Shown here: positions 56,968-64,000 of the stretch, piece after piece | Layout of the letters: every line of letters starts with the position of its first letter | Position numbering within the stretch: the first letter of the stretch is position 1 | Assembly: GCA_003598025.1 (NCBI GenBank) | Contig: QZKH01000006.1 | Location: 172,035-236,034, forward strand | Reading direction: 5' to 3' | Length of the DNA stretch: 64,000 bases | Origin: Candidatus Omnitrophota bacterium | GTDB taxonomy: Bacteria; Omnitrophota; Gorgyraeia; Gygaellales; Profunditerraquicolaceae | Notes under the pieces: model-generated | Databases searched by the model: none | What the model saw: the letters and a program-made list of their open reading frames with translations, nothing else | What the model was told of the DNA's origin: nothing | Translations under genes and position numbers: made by a program

Positions 56968-58168
56968 AAGAGTAGCCGTAACTGGCTTAGGCGTTGTTTC
57001 GTCTGTTGGGATTGGTAAAGATCATTTTTGGAATTCGATTTCAAATGGAAAAAGCGGGATTACAAGAATAAAATCTTTTGACACCAGCGCTTTTGATTGC
57101 CATTACGGCGGTGAAGTCAAAGGTTTCTCTGTATTTGATTTTCTTGATGATAAAAACGTTGCTTTACTTGGCAGGAACTCTCAATTTGCAATAATTTCTT
57201 CTTTTTTGGCGCTTAAAGATTCCGGCTATAGATTGGATACATTAAAAAGAGAAAAAACGGGTGTAATCCTGGGGACAGTCTTTGGCGAAAAGGGAATGGA
57301 GCATTCTTTAGAGGTGGCAGCGCAAAGAAAACCTGATAAAATTACATACTCTCAGATAGCAAGCTCTTTACCTAATTGTATATCTTCAAATGTGGCAGCG
57401 TATTTTTCTTTATCAGGCAGGAATTCTGTGATCCCTGCTGCATGCGCAGCAGGCAATTATTCAATAAGCCACGCGTTTGATTTAATAAAATCCGGAGATT
57501 TGAATTGTGCCTTAGCCGGAGCTTCGGATTACTTCTCTAAAGCGGCTTTTTATTCATTTAACCGCTTGTATGCAATGGCGCCAAGAAAATGCCAGCCATT
57601 TGATAAAAACAGAAAAGGAATGCTTTTGGGTGAAGGCAGCGCCATCCTGTTTCTGGAGACAGTTGATTCTGCCTTAAAGAGAGGGGCGCATATTTATGCC
57701 GAGATACTTGGGTATGGGCTTTCTTGTGATGCTCGCCATTTAACAGCGCCCAGCCAGCAGGGTATTGAAAAATGTATCGTAAAGGCGCTTCGCTATTCAG
57801 GAATAGGGAACAGGCAGGTAGATTATATCAGCGCCCATGGCACAGGTACTTACTCTAATGACCGGACGGAATGCGCGGCGATCAAGAGGATATTCCCGGG
57901 TTACAAATCTATTCCGGTCAGTTCCATTAAATCAATGCTTGGGCATACATTAGGAGCTGCTTCCAGTATTGAAGCTGTTGCTTGTTGCCTCAGTCTGGAA
58001 AAAGGTATTATCCCGCCGACAATTAATTTCAGGACTACAGATAAGGAGTGCGACGTTGACTGCGTGCCGAATAAAGCGAGAAAGAAGAATATTAAGGTTG
58101 TTTTGAACAACGGATTTGCTTTCGGAGGCAATAATTGTTGCGTAGTTTTTAAAAAATGGGGTAAATGA
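56954..58168 (+). CDS. fabF: Beta-ketoacyl-ACP synthase (FabF / KS-alpha-like), intact triad
   Basis: AACAAG (Cys), ISAHGTGT, MLGHTLGA, NGFAFGGNN. Confidence 0.92.
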   Translation: MAQNRRVAVTGLGVVSSVGIGKDHFWNSISNGKSGITRIKSFDTSAFDCHYGGEVKGFSVFDFLDDKNVALLGRNSQFAIISSFLALKDSGYRLDTLKREKTGVILGTVFGEKGMEHSLEVAAQRKPDKITYSQIASSLPNCISSNVAAYFSLSGRNSVIPAACAAGNYSISHAFDLIKSGDLNCALAGASDYFSKAAFYSFNRLYAMAPRKCQPFDKNRKGMLLGEGSAILFLETVDSALKRGAHIYAEILGYGLSCDARHLTAPSQQGIEKCIVKALRYSGIGNRQVDYISAHGTGTYSNDRTECAAIKRIFPGYKSIPVSSIKSMLGHTLGAASSIEAVACCLSLEKGIIPPTINFRTTDKECDVDCVPNKARKKNIKVVLNNGFAFGGNNCCVVFKKWGK

Positions 58169-58171
58169 TCA

Positions 58172-59641
58172 ATGACAGAGTATGATGCGATTATAATCGG
58201 TTCAGGGCTTGGCGGCCTTGGGAGTGCCGCAGTACTGGCAAAAGAAAAAAAGAATGTCCTAGTATTGGAGAAAAACCATTATTTCGGCGGGTATGCTGTT
58301 GTTTTCCAGAGAAAGGGATTTAAGTTTGATTTGTCTTGTCATAGTATTAACAGTTTTAAAGGTGTAACTCCCGATATACTTGACCGATGCGGTATTAAAG
58401 GCAAAATTAACCTGATTAAACCTAAATTCGCCTATCATTCGTTTTTCCCCGGTTATGATTTTACCTGTATGCAGTCCGGGCCAGATATGTTTAAACGAAT
58501 CTTATTTAGCTCTTTTCCCAAAGAAAGGCGTAATATTTCCAAGCTGATTAGTTTAATGTCGAATATCTATTACGGGTTTAAAAACTCATCCGGTCCTGAT
58601 TCAGGGTATATTTCACGTGATCTAATTAAATTTGCTAATTTGACCTGTTCTCAGGTAATCAATAGATTTCTCAAGGATAGAACGTTAAGGAGCATTTTTG
58701 GCCAATTATATTTTTTCTTCGGGTCTTCATTAAAGAAAACATCTTTTCTGAACTTTTGTAACATTTTTTTTGATTATCTTTGCAAAGGTTCATATTTGAT
58801 TGAGGGCGGATCTAATAAACTTGTAGATGAATTAGTAGCAGTTATCAGGAAGAATGGCGGCAGGCTAGTATTGGATTCTGAAGTCACAAAAATAATCATT
58901 GGAAAAAATAATGTAAGCGGGGTTGTTACTAAGGATGGAAAAGAATATCTTTGTAAAGATGTTATTTCCGATATTTCTCCGGATATTGTATTCCGGAAAC
59001 TTATTGACAGGCGCCATTTGGGCGATGGTCTAGATGCGCTTGATTCTTTAGAGCCTTCGATTTCGGCTTTTGCTGTTTTTGTCGGGACAAAATGTGATTA
59101 TAAAAGTTTGTTGCCTTTTGAATTCTTGATGTTTTTAAATACAGGTTCTAGCCTGGATAGGCAATTCCAGGCGGCGTTAAAGTGTGACTTTAAAAATACA
59201 ACCCTAGCCGTAACTTTATTTTCAAATATTGATTCAAGTTATGCCCCTTTAGGTAAATCGAGCCTCTCTATTATCAGCCTTTCCGGATACAATTTCTGGA
59301 AAGGGCTTAAAAACGATGAATATCTCTCAGTTAAAGAAAAGTGTGCGGATATACTGGTAAATAGAGCTAATGATATCCTGCCTGGGTTAACAGATTCCAT
59401 TGAAATAAGGAATATCGCTACGCCATTAACCATGGAAAGATACACAGGTAATTACCGTGGTGCTATATACGGAGCTGCGCGCCATACCCGAAGATTAAAC
59501 ATAGCAAGCCTGTTGCGTGAATCAAAAATTAATAATCTCTACTTTGCCGGGGCCTGGTCTTCGCGCGGTGGAGGATATCTTGGCTCATTGCAATCAGGAG
59601 TTATCGCTGCGGAGTCAGCCTTAGATAGAGGTATGCAATAA
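58172..59641 (+). CDS. Phytoene-dehydrogenase-like FAD oxidoreductase (CrtI/CrtISO/RetSat superfamily)
   Basis: IIGSGLGGL, GGY...F.RKGF.FD, GGS..L, APLGKS, TPLT.ERYT....GAIYG, NLYFAG....GGG. Confidence 0.85.
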   Translation: MTEYDAIIIGSGLGGLGSAAVLAKEKKNVLVLEKNHYFGGYAVVFQRKGFKFDLSCHSINSFKGVTPDILDRCGIKGKINLIKPKFAYHSFFPGYDFTCMQSGPDMFKRILFSSFPKERRNISKLISLMSNIYYGFKNSSGPDSGYISRDLIKFANLTCSQVINRFLKDRTLRSIFGQLYFFFGSSLKKTSFLNFCNIFFDYLCKGSYLIEGGSNKLVDELVAVIRKNGGRLVLDSEVTKIIIGKNNVSGVVTKDGKEYLCKDVISDISPDIVFRKLIDRRHLGDGLDALDSLEPSISAFAVFVGTKCDYKSLLPFEFLMFLNTGSSLDRQFQAALKCDFKNTTLAVTLFSNIDSSYAPLGKSSLSIISLSGYNFWKGLKNDEYLSVKEKCADILVNRANDILPGLTDSIEIRNIATPLTMERYTGNYRGAIYGAARHTRRLNIASLLRESKINNLYFAGAWSSRGGGYLGSLQSGVIAAESALDRGMQ

Positions 59642-61104
59642 TGAAGGTAATAATTTCTTATCCGCCCTTACAAGGGAAAGGTTTCCCCATGCTTCGCCAG
59701 GCACGTCAGTTTCAATGGGTCTCTATCCCGTCGCATATTTATCCTATTATATCTGCGTCTGCATTGACGCTTCTTAAAAAAGATGGTTTTGATGCTGTTT
59801 TTAATGATTGCCTTTTAGAGAAATGGCCTGAGCAGAAGTTTTTCGATTTTATCGATCTCCAACAACCCGATGTGATTGCCTTTGAAACTAAAACCCCGGT
59901 AATAAAATCTCACTGGAGGATAATAGACAGGATAAAAGAACGCAATCAGAAAGTTAAGGCCGTGCTTATGGGGGATCATGTGAGTGTTTTTCCCGAGGAA
60001 TCGCTTAATAATTGCAAGGTTGATTATGTGATTACGGGAGGAGATTACGACCTTGGCCTTTTGGGCCTGGCTAAGCACTTAAGAGAAGGGTCTCCTTTTC
60101 CTAAGGGGATATGGTGCAGGCAGGAGGCAGGGCTGTTTAACAGCGGCTCAGCTGAAACGAACGCAGACCTGAACAAACTGCCTTTTATTAATAGAGAGCT
60201 GACTCCGTGGAAGCTTTACGGCGAGAAATGGAAGAGGCGTTACCCGTTTGCCTATACTATGGCAGGCAGGGATTGTCCTTATGGCAGATGCAGTTTTTGT
60301 TCCTGGGCCAATATCTATCCGAATTTCAGGGTAAGAGAACCGGATAATTTTTTAGAGGAGATCGATATCCTTGTGAATAAATATGGCGCCAGGGAGATAT
60401 TTGATGACACAGGGACTTTTCCTCAAGGTGCCTGGCTTGAAAAGTTTTGTAATGGTATGGTCAAAAAAAAGTTTAATAAAAAAATTATTTTTTCTTGCAA
60501 CAGCCGGTTTGATTATTTGACAGAAGATAATGCCAGGCTGATGAAAATGGCTGGTTTCAGGAAATTGAAACTTGGCCTTGAGTCAGCCAGCCAAGAGACT
60601 TTAGACAGGATAAACAAAGGGATAACTATTGAACAGGTAAAAAATGGCTGCAGACTCGCTGCCAAAGTTGGATTAAATGTGCATCTTACGGTTATGTTTG
60701 GTTATCCTTGGGAAAAGAAAAGCGATGTGCTTAGGACGATAAATTTCGTAAGAGGCCTGCTGAATAAAGGCCATATAGAGATGCTGCAATCTACGCTCCT
60801 TGTGCCATATCCGGGGACTGCTTTATTCAATGACGGCTTAGCTAATGGCTGGTTTAGATTTGACCATAGAGAATACGAAAGATACGGTATGCAGGAGGCG
60901 GTCTTTAAAACTATGGATATCTCGAGCGAAGAATTGAAGGTTTTATGCAGGAAAACATATGGCTTATTTTTTTCACCGCCGTACATTCTTAAGAAAATCA
61001 TTAATAAGGATTTTATTGGCAACTTGAATTATTTCATTAAGGGTGCAGTGGCTATGGCTGGCCACTCTATTGATTTTTCCGGTGGTAGAGGCAAAAACAT
61101 ATGA
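59641..61104 (+). CDS. B12-binding-domain radical SAM protein
   Basis: GDHVS..PEE, RDCPYGRCSFC (CX4CX2C variant), FDDTG, GLESAS, PYPGT; TAATG-coupled to the upstream oxidoreductase. Confidence 0.85.
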   Translation: MKVIISYPPLQGKGFPMLRQARQFQWVSIPSHIYPIISASALTLLKKDGFDAVFNDCLLEKWPEQKFFDFIDLQQPDVIAFETKTPVIKSHWRIIDRIKERNQKVKAVLMGDHVSVFPEESLNNCKVDYVITGGDYDLGLLGLAKHLREGSPFPKGIWCRQEAGLFNSGSAETNADLNKLPFINRELTPWKLYGEKWKRRYPFAYTMAGRDCPYGRCSFCSWANIYPNFRVREPDNFLEEIDILVNKYGAREIFDDTGTFPQGAWLEKFCNGMVKKKFNKKIIFSCNSRFDYLTEDNARLMKMAGFRKLKLGLESASQETLDRINKGITIEQVKNGCRLAAKVGLNVHLTVMFGYPWEKKSDVLRTINFVRGLLNKGHIEMLQSTLLVPYPGTALFNDGLANGWFRFDHREYERYGMQEAVFKTMDISSEELKVLCRKTYGLFFSPPYILKKIINKDFIGNLNYFIKGAVAMAGHSIDFSGGRGKNI

Positions 61105-61928
61105 AAAGAATATTACAATTTGCTGCTTTATCAGTAGTATATTTAATAAGTTTCATTATCTACTATTCCGGATTGTTTAAAGTCATAGTTTTTGTCAGAA
61201 AAAAAATACTTAAGAAAACAAGGGTTATCGTCCTTGCTTATCATAGTATTGCCGATTATTCGCCCGTCTACGCAAACAAGAAAGAGTTTATTACGCCTAT
61301 AAGGCAATTCAGAAGGCAGGTATCATACTTGAAAAATAATTTTCATATTGTGCCGTTTGAAGAATTTAAAAGCATTTTACAGAATGGCCGGGTAAATGAA
61401 GATATAGCTGTATTAACATTTGATGATGGGCACCGGGATGTTTTTTCTAACGCACTAAGCATAATATCGGAATTTAAGCTACCGGCAGTTTTTTTCTTAA
61501 CTACCGGATTTATCGGCAGAGAAAACTATCTTACCTGGGAGCAGGTCAATATGATGAGAGCAAGAGGGTTTGAATTCGGCTGTCATACTGTTACTCACCC
61601 TCATTTGGATAGAATAAGCAGTGATATGGTAAAAAGAGAAGTTATGGAATCAAAACTGGAGTTAGAGAAGAGAATCGGCAAAGAGATAAACTATTTTTCT
61701 TACCCCTACGGTGATTATAATGAAAGTGTTGTCAGCATTATTAAAGAATGCGGGTTCAGCGCTGCTGTAACGACCGAAGACTCAAATTGTGATCTATCCA
61801 GTACCGACCTTTTCAGGATAAACAGGAAAACAGTATTAAACAGGCCATTTTGTTTTTTTGTCCTTAAAATTGAAGGTTTATTTGAGGGCGGTTTTTGGGA
61901 ATATATAAGGAAAAAGATATTTTACTAG
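61101..61928 (+). CDS. Polysaccharide deacetylase (CE4/NodB)
   Basis: LAYHSI, LTFDDG, GCHTVTHP, FSYPYG. Confidence 0.92.
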   Translation: MKRILQFAALSVVYLISFIIYYSGLFKVIVFVRKKILKKTRVIVLAYHSIADYSPVYANKKEFITPIRQFRRQVSYLKNNFHIVPFEEFKSILQNGRVNEDIAVLTFDDGHRDVFSNALSIISEFKLPAVFFLTTGFIGRENYLTWEQVNMMRARGFEFGCHTVTHPHLDRISSDMVKREVMESKLELEKRIGKEINYFSYPYGDYNESVVSIIKECGFSAAVTTEDSNCDLSSTDLFRINRKTVLNRPFCFFVLKIEGLFEGGFWEYIRKKIFY

Positions 61929-61930
61929 CT

Positions 61931-62674
61931 ATGGCAGAGGCGATTGACTTTTTTGGAGTTAAAGTTTCTAAGTTCACCAAGCGCACCGCAGCCGATGAGA
62001 TTGTTAATCTTGGGGTAAGCGGCAAAAGCAAATTCATTACTTATCTTAATGCCCATTGTTTTAATTTATTCTGTTCCAATGAGGAGTATAGAAAATATAT
62101 TTTATCAGCTGATTGTATTTATGCAGACGGTCAATCCATAGTATGGGCCTCTAAACTATCGGGAGGACGTTTGCCAGAAAGAATCAATGCCTCAGATTTA
62201 ATCGAAGATATCTGCTTAAAAGCCAGAGCCGGTAACATGAAATTATTTATTTTATGCCATAGCAAAGAGACGTGCGAAAAAACAATAAGTAATTTAACCA
62301 GGGAATTTCCCGGTTTAAAAATCTCAGGTTGCTACGTCTCCGGAGACTCCGGTAGCGAAAATGACTTAGTAAATATAATTAATCAATATAAGCCGGATAT
62401 ATTGATGGTCGGCTTGGGGCCCCCCTACCAGGAAGGTTTTATTTACAGAAACAGAAATAGTCTCAATGTTAATTTATGTTGGGCAGTAGGTGGTTTGTTC
62501 GATTTATTATCGGGAAAATTTAAGAGGGCCCCTTTATGGATCAGAAAGTACGGGCTTGAATGGCTATTCAGGCTGTCCCAAGAACCCAAGAGGCTTTGGC
62601 GTAGGTATCTATTAGGCAATTTTATCTTTATTTTCAATATCATTAAATCCAGTGTTAGAATAAAAGCTTCTTGA
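61931..62674 (+). CDS. WecB/TagA/CpsF family glycosyltransferase (GT26)
   Basis: YLNAH, YADG, ERI..SD, VGLGPP.QE, VGGLFD, RAP, GLEWLFRL.QEP.RLWRRY. ATG at 61931 preferred. Confidence 0.92.
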   Translation: MAEAIDFFGVKVSKFTKRTAADEIVNLGVSGKSKFITYLNAHCFNLFCSNEEYRKYILSADCIYADGQSIVWASKLSGGRLPERINASDLIEDICLKARAGNMKLFILCHSKETCEKTISNLTREFPGLKISGCYVSGDSGSENDLVNIINQYKPDILMVGLGPPYQEGFIYRNRNSLNVNLCWAVGGLFDLLSGKFKRAPLWIRKYGLEWLFRLSQEPKRLWRRYLLGNFIFIFNIIKSSVRIKAS

Positions 62675-62709
62675 ATGCCTTATTTTTAGCTGCATAATAT
62701 TAAACATAT

Positions 62710-64000
62710 ATGTCATTAAACAACAGCATAAAATTCAGATATATTGTTTTTGCGGTGATTGTATTGTATTTCTTGCCTCTATTTATCCAGATTACAACGC
62801 AGCCAAAGCCGTTTTTAAGATTTTCTTTGCCGTATATTTTCACCCAGTTTGTTGATGAACATCAATATTTTATAATGTTAAACAGCATTTTAAAAGACGG
62901 AGACCTGGATTTAAAGAATAATTACCAGAATATAGCGTTCAACGGTTCTTCAGACGGCGGCATGCTTACCAGGGGCAGAATTGTTGAGAGGAATACATTT
63001 GTAGTCAATAAGCAGGGAATACGTGTTGCAGACGGCAATGACCCGTCTTATTACAGGGATGCTTTTATTAGCGGAGAGCTTAAAGCAGGGAACAACAGCT
63101 ATGAGCTTAGCCAGTTAAAGGAATACTCTCTTAGCTCTCCCGGATTGCCGATTTTGCTATCTTTTCTGCTTTTTCCGTTTAAATCGCTACCCGGCCTGGA
63201 GCCGGCAACAATATTCATCAGTACACTGGTTTCTTTGCTGGGGCTTTTTTTTCTGTTCAGATTATTAAGTTGCTTCACTGAAAACAAAAACGCAGCACTA
63301 TTCATTACCTTGTGTTTTGGGTTAGCTACGCCGGTATGGTATTATGCCGGGGTATTTGGGAAAGAGAGTTTTGTATTCTTTTTGTTAAGCCTGGCTTTAT
63401 ATTTATTATTTTGCAGGAAGCGCTATTTATTGGTCGGTTTGGTGATTGCCCTGGCAGCATATATAAGAAACCCTTTGTTTTTATCATCTTTTTTATTCTT
63501 TGTTTATGAATTAAAGCCCGCAAAGGTCAAGGAAAGGTTGCCGCTGATTATCCCCAGTATCTTGATGCTGCCTGTCGTCATCTTTACCCACAGGTACTAT
63601 TGGTATAATTGTTTTATGGAATTAATAATTTATTTATCAGGCAGCGGGCATTATCTAAAATTATTATTTCCTTTTTTAGCAGTTTCTTTTTTGATATCCA
63701 TGGCGGTATTGTCGGGTTATAGCCCGGTAAGTAAAAGATTGAAAATCTGGTTATACGCGGTATCTTTACCGGCATTCACATCTCTATTGTATATAGCTTT
63801 AAAGAACGCAGGAGTTTTGTTTGGTTTTATGTTTTCTTTGGAATACGGATTGCTTACCTTTACCCCGTTCATCATTTATTCTTTTTTTGGGCTGGCGCTT
63901 ATCTTTAAGAAAGACAAAAGATTATTTAGCTTTATACTGGTCAATACACTGCTGTTATTTCTGTATTACGCAAATTTCTGGGACCGTAGGGAACCCAATC
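62710..64000 (+). CDS. Multi-TM GT-C-like membrane protein, 3'-truncated; absent from the supplied ORF track
   Basis: Translated by hand from ATG 62710 with no stop to the window end: MSLNNSIKF...VDEHQYFIMLNSILKDGDLDLKNNY...SPGLPILL...ATPVWYYA...; many TMs. Confidence 0.8.
   Translation, partial: MSLNNSIKFRYIVFAVIVLYFLPLFIQITTQPKPFLRFSLPYIFTQFVDEHQYFIMLNSILKDGDLDLKNNYQNIAFNGSSDGGMLTRGRIVERNTFVVNKQGIRVADGNDPSYYRDAFISGELKAGNNSYELSQLKEYSLSSPGLPILLSFLLFPFKSLPGLEPATIFISTLVSLLGLFFLFRLLSCFTENKNAALFITLCFGLATPVWYYAGVFGKESFVFFLLSLALYLLFCRKRYLLVGLVIALAAYIRNPLFLSSFLFFVYELKPAKVKERLPLIIPSILMLPVVIFTHRYYWYNCFMELIIYLSGSGHYLKLLFPFLAVSFLISMAVLSGYSPVSKRLKIWLYAVSLPAFTSLLYIALKNAGVLFGFMFSLEYGLLTFTPFIIYSFFGLALIFKKDKRLFSFILVNTLLLFLYYANFWDRREPN

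Noticed and set aside
58172-59641. Second CrtI-like gene as part of carotenoid synthesis
   Set aside because: It lacks the FDTGP and HHN/PSFY motifs of the crtI at 26694 and is coupled to FabF and radical SAM genes; an acyl-chain role fits better.
3130-63523. Many short antisense or alternate-frame ORFs in the supplied track (e.g. 7562-8119, 13238-13816, 14012-14725, 28512-29036, 56136-56723)
   Set aside because: They overlap well-supported genes, have no recognisable motifs, and show the Ser/Ile/Phe-rich composition of shadow frames.

Overview
AT-rich bacterial chromosome segment, densely coding and mostly on the + strand. The gene content resembles a diderm, probably anaerobic, uncultured lineage such as Omnitrophota; this is a guess from gene content only. 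In order it holds: (1) a 5'-truncated acr3 and a B12-radical SAM/Psd/GT-C/GT2 lipid- or glycan-tailoring block; (2) two PAS histidine kinases with degenerate GGDEF-like domains, one ending in PilZ, two stand-alone receivers and a type IV filament cluster (PilB, PilC, five prepilins, PilM-PilN fusion, PilO, PilP-like; no secretin or PilT here); (3) a complete carotenoid set (crtE, crtB, crtI, crtYc/crtYd, ispH) interleaved with menA-like, NDH-2 and DoxX genes; (4) a ~32 kb surface-polysaccharide/LPS locus (beta-barrel, Wza, Wzc, Wzy/WaaL, GT2/4/9, GNATs, deacetylase, WecG, GT-C). Inside (4) is the most interesting element: a FabG - Cys-to-Gln ketosynthase (CLF-like) - ACP - FabZ - FabF - phytoene-desaturase-like - B12 radical SAM cassette, resembling the candidate ladderane clusters of anammox bacteria. 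Non-coding observations include three heptamer-arm hairpin repeats (one with nested inserts), a ~100 bp two-hairpin insertion at the fabZ start, and several apparently leaderless promoters. I recognised no rRNA, tRNA, CRISPR array or transposase. All calls come from reading motifs by eye; no searches were run.
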